In this document: piece after piece, positions 1-9,655 of the stretch
Position numbering within the stretch: position 1 is the stretch's first letter
How the letters are laid out: the number at the start of each line of letters is the position of its first letter
Position numbers and translations under genes: made by a program
Origin: Alcanivorax sp.
GTDB taxonomy: Bacteria; Pseudomonadota; Gammaproteobacteria; Pseudomonadales; Alcanivoracaceae
DNA length: 64,000 bases
Direction of reading: 5' to 3'
Assembly (NCBI GenBank): GCA_017794945.1
Contig: CP051239.1
Span: 1,538,692-1,602,691 of the forward strand
The notes under the pieces: generated by a model
Told to the model about the DNA's origin: nothing
Database searches by the model: none
The model's input: only the letters and a program-made list of their open reading frames with translations

Positions 1-146
1 TTATCCGCAGGGACCAGCAGGCCAAGGAGCGCCTTGCCATGCTGAGGCAGGCCCTAGCTGAGGGTGAGTCCAGTGGGCAACCCAAGCCGCTTGATGTAGC
101 CGCCATCAAGGCAGCTGGCCGTAAACGAGTGAAGGTGTCTGATTAG
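1..146 (+). CDS. parD: ParD-type (CC2985-like) antitoxin, 3' part only (truncated by window edge)
   Basis: Frame from nt 3 reads IRRDQQAKERLAMLRQALAEGESSGQPKPLDVAAIKAAGRKRVKVSD*; TAG at 144-146 overlaps the GTG start of the ParE toxin. Confidence 0.8.
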   Translation, partial: IRRDQQAKERLAMLRQALAEGESSGQPKPLDVAAIKAAGRKRVKVSD

Positions 147-442
147 TGCTTGAGCTGAGCGTCACGCCGAAGGCCGAGTCGGACCTCATCGGGATTTGGA
201 TGTACGCCGGCGAAGAATGGGGTGCGGATCAGGCGGATACATACGTGGATCAGCTGGCGGCCGGGATGAAACAGCTCATCAATTATCCGTCACTCGGTAC
301 GGGTTATGCCCACGTTCTTCCTGGGTATCGCAGATTGCAGGTGGAGCATCACGCTGTTTTTTATCAGGTGCTTGAGCCGGAGGTGCGTGTTGTTCGTGTT
401 CTGCACGAGGACATGGATGCGCCCGAAAGGCTTCTGGATTAG
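146..442 (+). CDS. parE: ParE/RelE-family type II toxin
   Basis: 98 aa; ..AESDLIGIW..WGADQADTY..GYRR..HAVFY..VVRVLHEDMD is the ParE signature; coupled to upstream antitoxin. Confidence 0.88.
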   Translation: MLELSVTPKAESDLIGIWMYAGEEWGADQADTYVDQLAAGMKQLINYPSLGTGYAHVLPGYRRLQVEHHAVFYQVLEPEVRVVRVLHEDMDAPERLLD

Positions 443-523
443 TAATGGCGTTACCCTGGGTCCTGTGCTTCTGCCTCTGTTTCGTGGCCGCGCGTGTTGA
501 GCGACTGTTGATGGAGAGTAAGT

Positions 524-814
524 ATGGAATTACAGGCCATAGGCATACCCTGGTACAAAAGAGAGAACTTTAACGAGTTAGTCAAATTATTTGATGACGG
601 CCACAAGCTCCATGATACCTACCCTGAGTGGCTTGCCTCCGCCAATTCGCTTAGGAGAGAAATAGAATCAAAGGGTATCCGGGTTGTTTGTGTCGACATC
701 GACCCCGAGTCGTTTTCCAGTTGGTGTAAATCAGAGGGCCGCAGACTCGATGCCGATGCACGCAGTGAGTACGCCAGCATGGTTGCATACAGAACGATCA
801 CCGATGGCCAATAA
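524..814 (+). CDS. Hypothetical protein
   Basis: 96-aa ATG ORF preceded by GGAGAG RBS, lower GC than host, protein-like composition; family not recognised. Confidence 0.65.
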   Translation: MELQAIGIPWYKRENFNELVKLFDDGHKLHDTYPEWLASANSLRREIESKGIRVVCVDIDPESFSSWCKSEGRRLDADARSEYASMVAYRTITDGQ

Positions 815-886
815 CGAGTGAGGTCTCCTTTATGGGGCAATACCCGTACAAGGCGTCGAACCGTCCAATGTGGCTGCCCCGGCCAA

Positions 887-909
887 AAAGTGATACTTTA
901 GTGGCACTA
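887..909 (+). promoter_or_regulatory. Probable antitoxin autoregulatory operator (two abutting palindromes)
   Basis: AAAGT-gat-ACTTT (887-899) and TAGTG-g-CACTA (899-909) lie just upstream of the Phd/YefM gene. Confidence 0.55.
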
Positions 910-932
910 TTGGTTCGGTCCAAGGTGAGACC

Positions 933-1190
933 ATGAAAGTTGAGTTGGTGACCAACCTGAAGCGTCAAGCCACAAAGATTCTTGCGGATTTGCACCTCTC
1001 CAAGGAGCCGGTACTGATTACGGAACACGGTCAGCCATCCGCCTATCTCGTCGACGTGCAGGATTACGAGTTCATGCAGCGTCGGCTTGAGTTGCTTGAG
1101 GGGCTCTCACGGGGAGAGCGGGCTGTACTTGAGGGAAGAACGTACAGCCAAAGTGAGGCCAGGGAGAAAATGAGTAAATGGCTGAGGTAG
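933..1190 (+). CDS. Phd/YefM-family antitoxin
   Basis: MKVELVTNLKRQATKILADL..EPVLITEHGQPSAYLV is a Phd/YefM N-terminal motif; overlaps downstream toxin. Confidence 0.9.
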   Translation: MKVELVTNLKRQATKILADLHLSKEPVLITEHGQPSAYLVDVQDYEFMQRRLELLEGLSRGERAVLEGRTYSQSEAREKMSKWLR

Positions 1191-1486
1191 TTTGGACGGA
1201 ACCCGCGCTTCAGCAATTGGACGCTGTCGCTGAGTACATTGCTCTGGACAATCCTGCTGCGGCCAGCGATCTGGTCAACGCCGTGCTCGATAATGTCGAG
1301 CGACTCAACGAATTTCCTCAGTCCGGACGCCTCCCTCCTGAGCTGCCCAATTCCGTGTACCGGGAAGTCGTGGTGCCGCCGTGTCGCGTTTTATATCGCG
1401 AGGAGGGGGCGCGGATTCTGGTCCTCTACGTCATGCGCGAGGAGCAGCAGCTTCGGGCCTACATGCTGGGAAGCCGCCAGCCCTAA
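1178..1486 (+). CDS. RelE/ParE-family type II toxin
   Basis: VVWTEPALQQLDAVAEYIALDNPAAA..FPQSGR..PEL..YREVVVPPCRVLYR. Confidence 0.88.
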   Translation: MAEVVWTEPALQQLDAVAEYIALDNPAAASDLVNAVLDNVERLNEFPQSGRLPPELPNSVYREVVVPPCRVLYREEGARILVLYVMREEQQLRAYMLGSRQP

Positions 1487-2148
1487 GCCGCATCCCGCTT
1501 AGCAATAGCCCGCAGCACCAGCCGGCACTGGTTGTCGCCGTACTCGCGGATGTCGGCGGCGGCCTGGTCGGGGTTGCGGGCGAGCACGTTTTCCAGCAGC
1601 CGCTGGAAGATCTTCAATGACATGTCGAATTCGGTGGTGTCTTCCTGCAGGGCGATGTACGAGAAGCGCTTGAGCAGGGGCACCAGGTCTTCGATGTCGT
1701 CGGCGAGGTAGCGGTTGCGGGCGAAGCGGGCGGTGGCCATCTCCACAAAGCGGAAGGCGACCTGGTGGGCGCCGGGCATGTCGGCGTTGCGGTAGTGGCG
1801 CTCCAGCTCGGGCAGCATCATGGCCAGATCCTCGATCTCGCCGGGTTTCCAGTCCCGGGCGGCCTGGGCGGCCAGGTGGGAGAGCAGCAGAAACAGGAAG
1901 TTATACAGGTCGCGGACCTCGCTTTCCGTGACTTCGCAGACCCGCGCGCCCCGGCGCGGTTGCAGCCGGATCAGATGACGCTTTTCCAGCAGCCTGAAGG
2001 CCTCTCGAAGTGAGTTGGTGCTCACATCCAGCTCTTTGGCGAGTTCCGCTTCCGGCAGCTTTTCGCCGGGCGCGAGGTCGCCGCGCACGATGCGCTCGCT
2101 CAGGTGTTCGGCGATCTGTTCACTGAGACTCACTGCTTTCAGCGACAT
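1483..2148 (-). CDS. gntR: GntR (FadR/FCD subfamily) regulator divergent from alkB2
   Basis: N-terminal wHTH SLSEQIAEHL..IVRGDLAPGEKLPEAELAKELDVS..REAFRLLE; ATG 2148 follows GGAGGAG; gntR-alkB2 synteny known in Alcanivorax and Pseudomonas. Confidence 0.88.
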   Translation of the reverse strand: MSLKAVSLSEQIAEHLSERIVRGDLAPGEKLPEAELAKELDVSTNSLREAFRLLEKRHLIRLQPRRGARVCEVTESEVRDLYNFLFLLLSHLAAQAARDWKPGEIEDLAMMLPELERHYRNADMPGAHQVAFRFVEMATARFARNRYLADDIEDLVPLLKRFSYIALQEDTTEFDMSLKIFQRLLENVLARNPDQAAADIREYGDNQCRLVLRAIAKRDAA

Positions 2149-2207
2149 GGGACTCCTCCGGGTTCTGGCGGCTATTATCCGCGCACTTTCCTTCTGTGTC
2201 ACGAATT

Positions 2208-2242
2208 GAGTTGTTTGACAATTCAAGAATTGCTGTTAATGT
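2208..2242 (+). promoter_or_regulatory. Putative alkB2 sigma70 promoter overlapped by a GntR operator
   Basis: TTGT-ttg-ACAA palindrome (2211-2221) contains TTGACA (2215-2220); TAATGT at 2237-2242 (16-nt spacer). Confidence 0.6.
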
Positions 2243-2354
2243 TGCCATCGAAGAATGACAAAGTAACGGCTGAGTCGGCTGGATCCGTCCGCTCGACCGC
2301 CTGCTGGCTAAAGACAGAGCCTGGCGAGGACCACGGCCAGGGAGGAGACGAACC

Positions 2355-3503
2355 ATGTTCGCGAAAATGCATTCCGATACGATGCTGAAGCTTAAGAAGT
2401 GGGGTTATCTGGCCTTCTGGGCGGCGGTGCTGCCGTTGCTGCCCATGAGCGCCTTCATCGGCCGCGAGTCCGGCACCCAGGACTATTGGGCCTGGTTCCT
2501 GTATTTCGTGGTGTTCGGCATCATTCCGGTGCTCGATTACATCATCGGCAAGGACCCGTCCAACCCGGACGAGCACCAGCAGGTGCCTTCCATGAGCCAG
2601 GAGCGCATCTACACCAGCGCGCTGTTCCTGATGGGCTTTATCTGGCTGGGCGTACTGTTCTTCTCCGGCTGGGTGTTCGTGAACAACGACTACTCCCTGC
2701 TCGGCCAGCTGGGCTGGATTGTCTCCATCGGCACGGTGGGCGGCATCATCGCCATCAACCTGGGCCATGAGTTCGTGCACAAGGATCCCAAGCTGGAGAA
2801 CTGGATGGGCGGCCTGCTGCTCTCCTCGGTGACCTACGCCGGCTTCAAGGTGGAGCACGTCCGTGGCCACCACGTGCATGTGTCCACCCCGGAAGACGCC
2901 TCCTCGTCCCAGTACAACCAGGGCCTGTACGAGTTCCTGCCGCGCGCCTTCAAGCACAACTTCCTGAACGCCTGGAAGCTGGAGAAGCAGTATCTGGAGC
3001 GCAAGGGTAAGAAGAACTTCAGCCGCCACAACGAGCTGATCTGGTGGTATTCGATTTCCGCGCTGTTCGCGGTGGCCTTCGGTCTCGCGTTCGGCTGGAT
3101 GGGCGTGCTGTTCTTCCTGGCGCAGAGCTTCGTGGCCGCCTTTACCCTGGAAGTGATCAACTACATCGAGCACTACGGCCTGCACCGCCGGGTCACCGAC
3201 AAGGGCCGCTACGAGCGGGTGACCCCGGCGCACAGCTGGAACTCCAACTACCTGCTCACCAACCTGGCGCTGTTCCAGCTGCAGCGGCACAGCGACCACC
3301 ACGCCTACGCCAAGCGCCGCTACCAGGTGCTGCGCCACTACGAAGAGAGCCCGCAGCTGCCGGGCGGGTACGCCGCCATGTACGTGCTGGCGCTGGTGCC
3401 GCCGCTGTGGAAGAAAGTGATGAACCCCCGTGTGGAAGCCTACTACGAGGGGGAGATGGACCAGCTGTTCCGTGGCGAACGACGGATCAACAACATCGCC
3501 TGA
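2355..3503 (+). CDS. alkB2: Alkane 1-monooxygenase (membrane di-iron)
   Basis: All AlkB His motifs present: HEFVHK, EHVRGHH, NYIEHYG, LQRHSDHHA; GGAGGAG RBS. Confidence 0.95.
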   Translation: MFAKMHSDTMLKLKKWGYLAFWAAVLPLLPMSAFIGRESGTQDYWAWFLYFVVFGIIPVLDYIIGKDPSNPDEHQQVPSMSQERIYTSALFLMGFIWLGVLFFSGWVFVNNDYSLLGQLGWIVSIGTVGGIIAINLGHEFVHKDPKLENWMGGLLLSSVTYAGFKVEHVRGHHVHVSTPEDASSSQYNQGLYEFLPRAFKHNFLNAWKLEKQYLERKGKKNFSRHNELIWWYSISALFAVAFGLAFGWMGVLFFLAQSFVAAFTLEVINYIEHYGLHRRVTDKGRYERVTPAHSWNSNYLLTNLALFQLQRHSDHHAYAKRRYQVLRHYEESPQLPGGYAAMYVLALVPPLWKKVMNPRVEAYYEGEMDQLFRGERRINNIA

Positions 3504-3536
3504 TTTCTGCTAGGGATGAGCGATTCGACCCCTTTT

Positions 3537-3563
3537 GCCCCGCTACCCCGCGGGGCTTTTTTT
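3537..3563 (+). terminator. Rho-independent terminator after alkB2
   Basis: GCCCCGC-loop-GCGGGGC followed by T7. Confidence 0.8.
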
Positions 3564-3581
3564 GGGTTCCCTTTAGCGCGT

Positions 3582-4382
3582 TCAGTCGCCGGTGAAGTCC
3601 GGCGCGCGCTTGTCGATAAAGGCCTGCACCGCTTCCTGATGGTCCGAGGTGGAGTGGGCCAGCGCCTGCATGGCGGCGGACATTTCCAGCAGGGCGTCCA
3701 GGCGCAGGGAGCGGCCGGCCCACAGTAGCCGCTTGGTCATGCGCACCGCCTGGGTGGGGTTCACGGCGATGCGTTGCGCCAGGGCGCGGGCTTCGTCGAG
3801 AAGCTGGTCGTCGGGCACCACCCGGGACACCAGGCCGCAGGCCAGCGCTTGGTCCGCTTTGACGCGGTCGCCGGTGAGCGCCATCTCCGCCGCCTTGGAA
3901 AAGCCCACCACCCGCTGCAGCAGCCAGGCGCCGCCGTCGCCGGGGATGATGCCCAGCTTAACGAAGCTCTCCGCGAACCAGGCGCTTTCGCCGGCGATGC
4001 GCAGGTCGCACATGCAGGCCAGGTCGCAGCCGGCGCCCACCGCCGGGCCGTTCACCGCCGCGATCACCGGCACTTCCAGTTTCTCGAACGCCAGCGGAAT
4101 GCGCTGGATGCCCTGCTTGTAGTTGAGCCGGGTCTTGGCCGGGCGGGCGTCGTTGAGGCCGCCGGCGGCGCCCATCTTCTTGACGTTGCCGCCGCTGGAG
4201 AAGGCGCTGCCGGCGCCGGTGAGGATCGCCACGCGGGCGTCCGGGTCGGTTTCCAGCCGCTCCAGGGCGGCCAGCAGCGCCTCGATCATGTCGTCGTCGG
4301 AGATCGGGTTGCGGGTCTCCGGGCTGTTGAGGGTGAGGGTGACGATGCCGTCGTCGCGCTGGTACTGGATCAATTCGCTCAT
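3582..4382 (-). CDS. Enoyl-CoA hydratase/crotonase family protein
   Basis: AFSSGGNV, PVIAAVNGPAVGAGCDLACMCDLRIA, ESFVKLGIIPGDGG. Confidence 0.92.
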   Translation of the reverse strand: MSELIQYQRDDGIVTLTLNSPETRNPISDDDMIEALLAALERLETDPDARVAILTGAGSAFSSGGNVKKMGAAGGLNDARPAKTRLNYKQGIQRIPLAFEKLEVPVIAAVNGPAVGAGCDLACMCDLRIAGESAWFAESFVKLGIIPGDGGAWLLQRVVGFSKAAEMALTGDRVKADQALACGLVSRVVPDDQLLDEARALAQRIAVNPTQAVRMTKRLLWAGRSLRLDALLEMSAAMQALAHSTSDHQEAVQAFIDKRAPDFTGD

Positions 4383-4444
4383 GGGAACTCCATGCTAATG
4401 TTGGATGGGTAAATAATAACGACCCATCGGGAGAGCCTAATTCA

Positions 4445-5482
4445 ATGAGCCGCGATACGTCTGCCTCCTCCACCGGCCGGGTGATCCTGCCCGCCCCGGA
4501 CCTCGACTGGCTGGCCCTGCACCAGGAGCCGATTCTGGAACCGGAGCGGGCCATCATCGACCCGCACCACCATCTTTGGGACGCGCCGCGCCCGCGCTAC
4601 CTGCGCGATGACATCGAGCGCGACCTGGCCGCCGGCCACGACGTGCGCGCCACGGTGTTCGTGGAGTGTTCCGAAGGGTACTACAGCGATGGCGACGAGG
4701 CGCTGCGCCCGGTGGGCGAAACCGTATTCGCCGAGAGCGTGGCCGCCGCCACCGGCGGGCGGGTGTGCACCGGCATTGTCGGCTACACGGATCTGCGCCA
4801 GGGTGCGGCGGTGAAAGGCGTGCTGGAGGCCCACCTGGAAGCCGGCAAGGGGCGCTTCCGGGGCATCCGCCAGTCCAGCGTCTGGGACCCGGACCCCAAC
4901 ATCCGCACCACCCGGCGGGTGCTGCCGGCGGGCCTGCTGCTGGACCAGGATCTGCGACGCGGTTTCGCCGAGCTGGCGCCGCTGGGGCTGAGCTTTGATT
5001 GCTGGAACTACTTCCACCAGATCGACGACCTGACTGACCTGGCGCGGGCCTTTCCAGAAACCAATATCGTGCTCGACCATGTCGGCGGCGTGCTGGGCGT
5101 GGGCGATTACGCCGGCCGGGGCGAGCAGGTGTTCAGTGCGTGGCGCCGCGCCATAGAGGCGCTGGCCGCCTGCCCCAATGTGTCGGTGAAGCTGGGCGGG
5201 CTGGGCATGCACAGCTGCGGCTTTGAGCTGGATCAGCGGCCCCGGCCGCCCTCTTCCCGGGAACTGGCCGACCTGTGGCGGCCCTGGTTCCAGGTGTGCG
5301 TGGACGCCTTCGGCGTGGAGCGCGCCATGTTCGAGAGCAATTTCCCGGTGGACCAGCTGTCCTGTTCCTACGCGGTGCTGTGGAACGCCTTTAAACGGCT
5401 GGCCGGGGCGTGCTCCGAGGCGGAGAAGCAGGCGCTGTTTTACGACACCGCCAAGCGCGTCTACCGGCTCGACGTGCCCTGA
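4445..5482 (+). CDS. Amidohydrolase family protein (Amidohydro_2, lactonase-like)
   Basis: IIDPHHHLW metal motif; IVLDHVGG; MFESNFPVD. Confidence 0.85.
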   Translation: MSRDTSASSTGRVILPAPDLDWLALHQEPILEPERAIIDPHHHLWDAPRPRYLRDDIERDLAAGHDVRATVFVECSEGYYSDGDEALRPVGETVFAESVAAATGGRVCTGIVGYTDLRQGAAVKGVLEAHLEAGKGRFRGIRQSSVWDPDPNIRTTRRVLPAGLLLDQDLRRGFAELAPLGLSFDCWNYFHQIDDLTDLARAFPETNIVLDHVGGVLGVGDYAGRGEQVFSAWRRAIEALAACPNVSVKLGGLGMHSCGFELDQRPRPPSSRELADLWRPWFQVCVDAFGVERAMFESNFPVDQLSCSYAVLWNAFKRLAGACSEAEKQALFYDTAKRVYRLDVP

Positions 5483-5483
5483 G

Positions 5484-6935
5484 CTACTGGCGCCAGAACA
5501 GCGGCGTGAACAGCACCAGGAAGGTGAAGATCTCCAGGCGGCCGAGCAGCATCAGCAGGGTCATCATCCACTTGGCTTCGTCGGTGATGTTGGCGAAGCC
5601 GCCGCCCACCTGACCGATGCCCACGCCCAGGTTGTTGATCGACGCGGCCACCGCGCTCACCGCGGTGGTCAGGTCCATGCCGGTCGTGGTGAACAGCAGG
5701 GTGAAGATCACCGACAGGGTAATATACACGCCGACAAACCCCCACACCGCCTGCAGCACCCGATCGTTGACCACATGCTTGCCAAAACGCAGCGCGAACA
5801 CGCCGTTGGGGTAAATCAACCGGCGCAGTTCGCGGATGCTGTGGCGGAATACCAGAGCGGCGCGGACCACTTTCATGCCCGCCGCCGTGGAGCCGGCGCA
5901 GCCCCCGATAAAGCTGGTGAATACCAGCAAGAGCGGAATAAAACCCGGCCAGGCCGCGGCGTTGGTGCTGGTCAAGCCGGTGCCGGTGCCGAACGACGCC
6001 ACCTGGAACGCCGCGTGGCGGGTGGCTTCCCCGGGGGCTTCATGAACGCCGAAAACCAGCAGGCCGCCGCCCACCATCAGCATGTAGAGGAGCATCAGGC
6101 CGAGAAAGAAACGGCATTCCGGGTCGCGCATGTAGGCGAGCAGGCTCTTGCCGCGCCACACCGCGAAATGCAGCGCGAAACTAATACCGCCGATCAGCAT
6201 GAACACGGTGGCGATAATGTCGATGGGCGTGCTGTTCCAGTACGCCATGGACGCATCGTGGGTGGAGAAGCCGCCGGTGGAAACAGTGCTGAAACTGTGG
6301 CAAATGGCATCGAACACAGTCATGCCGGCCAGCCAGTAGGCCAGCGCGCAGGCGATGGTGATGGCCAGGTAGACGTACCACAGCGCCTTGGCGGTTTCGG
6401 CGATGCGCGGCGTCAGCTTGGACTCCTTCATCGGGCCGGGGATTTCCGCCTTGTACAGCTGCATGCCACCAATGCCCAGCATCGGCAGGATCGCCACCGC
6501 CAGCACGATAACGCCCATGCCGCCCAGCCACTGCAGTTGCTGGCGGTAGAACAGCATTGATCTGGGCAGATCGTCCAGGCCCGAGAGCACCGTGGCACCG
6601 GTGGTGGTGAGGCCGGAAACGGATTCGAACACCGCATCGGTAAAGCCCACCGGCACCGCCTCGGAGATCAGCATCGGCAGCGCGCCGATCACCCCCAGCA
6701 CCGACCAGAACAGGGTCACCACCAGGAAGCCGTCGCGCACCTGCAGCTCCGCGCGCTGGCGGAAGAACGGCAGCCACAGCGCCAGCCCCAGCAGCATGGA
6801 GATGGTGAACGACACCAGGAAGGGCCCTTCACTGCCGTCCCGGTACAGATAGGCCACCGCCACCGGCGGCATCATGGTGAAGCTGAAGACCACCAGCAGC
6901 AGGCCCAGAATCTTCGAGATCAGCGCGAAGTGCAT
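5484..6935 (-). CDS. trkH: Trk potassium uptake membrane protein
   Basis: FESVSGLTTTGAT, QWLGGMG, STGGFS, GGCAGSTAAGMK, LGRLEIF. Confidence 0.95.
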   Translation of the reverse strand: MHFALISKILGLLLVVFSFTMMPPVAVAYLYRDGSEGPFLVSFTISMLLGLALWLPFFRQRAELQVRDGFLVVTLFWSVLGVIGALPMLISEAVPVGFTDAVFESVSGLTTTGATVLSGLDDLPRSMLFYRQQLQWLGGMGVIVLAVAILPMLGIGGMQLYKAEIPGPMKESKLTPRIAETAKALWYVYLAITIACALAYWLAGMTVFDAICHSFSTVSTGGFSTHDASMAYWNSTPIDIIATVFMLIGGISFALHFAVWRGKSLLAYMRDPECRFFLGLMLLYMLMVGGGLLVFGVHEAPGEATRHAAFQVASFGTGTGLTSTNAAAWPGFIPLLLVFTSFIGGCAGSTAAGMKVVRAALVFRHSIRELRRLIYPNGVFALRFGKHVVNDRVLQAVWGFVGVYITLSVIFTLLFTTTGMDLTTAVSAVAASINNLGVGIGQVGGGFANITDEAKWMMTLLMLLGRLEIFTFLVLFTPLFWRQ

Positions 6936-6947
6936 GGGCAGGGTCCC

Positions 6948-8324
6948 CTAGAAGAACGTGAAACCAACTTGGAACAGTTTTTCCACGTCCCGAATGCGGC
7001 GTTTGTCGATCAGGAACAGAATCACGTGGTCGTCCGGCTCGATGACGATATCGTCATGGGCGATCAGCACCTTCTCGCCGCGCACCACGGCGCCGATGGT
7101 GGTGCCCTCCGGCAGATCGATGTCCTCAATGGCGCGGCCCACCACCTTGGAGGACTTGGCGTCGCCGTGGGCGATCGCCTCGATGGCCTCGGCGGCGCCC
7201 CGGCGCAGGGAGTAGACGTTGACCACGTCGCCGCGCCGCACATGGGTGAGCAGGCTGCCGATGGTGGACTGCTGTGGCGAGATGGCGATGTCGATGTCGT
7301 GGCCCTGCACCAGATCCACATAGGCCGGGTTGGCGATCAGCGTCATCACCTTGCGTGCGCCGAGGCGCTTGGCCAGCAGCGAGGCCATGATGTTGGCTTC
7401 GTCGTCGTTGGTCAGGGCGCAGAACACGTCGGTGTTCTCGATGTTGGCCTTGAGCAGTTCGTCGCGGTCGGTGGCCAGGCCCTGCAGCACCACGGTGTGG
7501 CCCAGCCGCTCGCCAAGCCATTCGGCCCGCTGCGGGGAGCGCTCGATGATTTTCACGTTGTAGCGGTGCTGGATGCTCTTCGCCAGCCGGTAGCCGATGT
7601 TGCCGCCGCCGGCGATCAGCACCCGCTTGTAGTTGTGCTCCAGGCGGCGCAGCTCGCTCATCACCGCGCGGATGTCGTTCTTGGCGGCGATGAAGAACAC
7701 TTCGTCATCGGCTTCGATGACGGTGTTGCCCTCGGGAATGATCGGCCGGTTGCGCCGGAAGATCGCCGCCACCCGGGTGTCCACGTTGGGCATGTGCTTG
7801 CGCAGCTCGCGCAGTTCGTTGCCCACCAGCGGGCCGCCGTAATAGGCGCGCACCGCCACCAGCTGCACGCGGCCGGTGGCGAAGTTGACCACCTGCAGGG
7901 CGCCGGGGTGCTCGATCAGCCGCTTGATGTAGTCGGTGACCACCTGCTCCGGGCTGATGATCACGTCGATGGGAATGGCGTTTTCGTTGAACAGCTTGTC
8001 CGCGCGGCTGGTGTAGTGGGCGGTGCGGATACGGGCGATCTTGGTGGGGGTGCGAAACAGCGTGTAGGCCACCTGGCAGGCGACCATGTTGACCTCGTCG
8101 GAGTTGGTGACGGCGATCAGCATGTCGGCGTCTTCGGCGCCGGCTTCCTTGAGCACCCAGGGATAGCAGCCCATGCCGAGCACGGTGCCAATGTCCAGAC
8201 GGTCCCCCAGTTCCCGCAAGCGTTCGCCGTCGATGTCGATGACGGTGATGTCGTTGCGTTCCCCCGCCAGGTTCTCCGCCAGGGTGCCGCCCACCTGGCC
8301 GGCACCGAGAATGATGATCTTCAT
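6948..8324 (-). CDS. trkA: Trk potassium uptake NAD-binding subunit
   Basis: [12 protein letters not shown]; second RCK GGGNIG; C-terminal [12 protein letters not shown]. Confidence 0.97.
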   Translation of the reverse strand: MKIIILGAGQVGGTLAENLAGERNDITVIDIDGERLRELGDRLDIGTVLGMGCYPWVLKEAGAEDADMLIAVTNSDEVNMVACQVAYTLFRTPTKIARIRTAHYTSRADKLFNENAIPIDVIISPEQVVTDYIKRLIEHPGALQVVNFATGRVQLVAVRAYYGGPLVGNELRELRKHMPNVDTRVAAIFRRNRPIIPEGNTVIEADDEVFFIAAKNDIRAVMSELRRLEHNYKRVLIAGGGNIGYRLAKSIQHRYNVKIIERSPQRAEWLGERLGHTVVLQGLATDRDELLKANIENTDVFCALTNDDEANIMASLLAKRLGARKVMTLIANPAYVDLVQGHDIDIAISPQQSTIGSLLTHVRRGDVVNVYSLRRGAAEAIEAIAHGDAKSSKVVGRAIEDIDLPEGTTIGAVVRGEKVLIAHDDIVIEPDDHVILFLIDKRRIRDVEKLFQVGFTFF

Positions 8325-9655
8325 GATCGCTGGTCGGTCACCTTGTTGTCGTCGGCCGCCCCGCGTTTATGCAGGCAGGCCAGATAAAAGCCGTCGGGCC
8401 CGTTATCCCGTGTCAGCAGTTGCCATCCCGCCGCCACCGGGGCGGCGTCGGCCGGCCGCTCGGTGCGGTCCTCGGCGTCGTCGGTGCGCGCCAGGAAGTC
8501 CGCGATCTGGCGGTCGTTCTCATCGCGCAGCACCGAGCAGGTGGCGTACACCAGCCGGCCGCCGGGGCGCAGAAGCGGCCATAGTGCATCCAGCATGCGC
8601 GCTTGTAAATCCACCAAGGGTGGCAGGTCGGTGCGCCGGCGGTGCCATTTCACGTCCGGCTGGCGGCGCAGAATACCGCTGGCGGAACAGGGCGCGTCGA
8701 GCAGGATGGCGTCGAAGGGTTCGCCGTCCCACCAGGCGGCCGGCTCGGCGGCGTCGCCCTGTAACAGCTCCGCTTCCGCGCCGATGCGGCGCAGGGCGTC
8801 GCGCACCCGGTCCAGACGGCGCGCGGACAGGTCCAGGGCGGTGACCCGGGCGTTGGGAAACGCTTCCAGAATCTGGCCGGTCTTGCCGCCGGGGGCGGCG
8901 CAGGCGTCCAGCACCCGGCCGCCGTCCGGCGCCGCCAGCTGTTCCACCGGCAGCTGGGCGGCCTCGTCCTGCACCGAGAAGCCGCCGCTGTCGAAACCGG
9001 GCAGCTGCGACACCGGGCGCGGCGGCGACAGGTAGAGGCTCCACGGCGACAGATCGCCGGGCCGGGCGCCGTCGCCGAGCGCGGCCAGGGCCTGTTCGCG
9101 GCTCTGCTGGCGGCGGTTCACGCGCAGGGTGAACGGCGGCGGCGCCAGGGCCGCCCGGGCCAGGTCGTCGGCCTGTTCCGGCCAGTCCTGCTGGAACGAC
9201 CGCCACAGCCAGCCGGGCAGTGAATAGCGCACCGCCGGGTCGTAGTCGGCGAACACCCGCGCCGGGTCCAGGCCGTCGGCCTTGCGCAGCAGGGCGTTGA
9301 TCAGGCCGCTGGCCCAGCCCGCTTTCAACTGGCGGCAGAGCTCCGGGTAGGCGTTCACCACCGCGTGGGCCGGGCGCTCCGTGAACCACAGTTCATAGAG
9401 GCCGCACAGCACCGCCAGGCGCACCGCCTGGGCCTTGGGCTTGAGGGGCTTGTCGAGCTGGCCGTTGAGCCACTGATTGAGCGGCCGCAGGTGGCGGCAG
9501 ACGCCGAAGCAGAGGTCGCGCATCAGGCCGCCGGCGGCGCCGTCGGGCACGCCCCGGGCAAGCACTTCGCGGAGGCTGGCGCCGTCCCCCTCGCCGGGCA
9601 GTACCCGCTCCAGGGCGCGCACCGCCGCCAGCCGGGGATCCGGCGCCTTACTCAA
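8321..9655 (-). CDS. rsmB: 16S rRNA m5C967 methyltransferase
   Basis: NusB-like N-terminus; [34 protein letters not shown]; fmt-rsmB-trkA synteny. Confidence 0.95.
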   Translation of the reverse strand: MSKAPDPRLAAVRALERVLPGEGDGASLREVLARGVPDGAAGGLMRDLCFGVCRHLRPLNQWLNGQLDKPLKPKAQAVRLAVLCGLYELWFTERPAHAVVNAYPELCRQLKAGWASGLINALLRKADGLDPARVFADYDPAVRYSLPGWLWRSFQQDWPEQADDLARAALAPPPFTLRVNRRQQSREQALAALGDGARPGDLSPWSLYLSPPRPVSQLPGFDSGGFSVQDEAAQLPVEQLAAPDGGRVLDACAAPGGKTGQILEAFPNARVTALDLSARRLDRVRDALRRIGAEAELLQGDAAEPAAWWDGEPFDAILLDAPCSASGILRRQPDVKWHRRRTDLPPLVDLQARMLDALWPLLRPGGRLVYATCSVLRDENDRQIADFLARTDDAEDRTERPADAAPVAAGWQLLTRDNGPDGFYLACLHKRGAADDNKVTDQRS

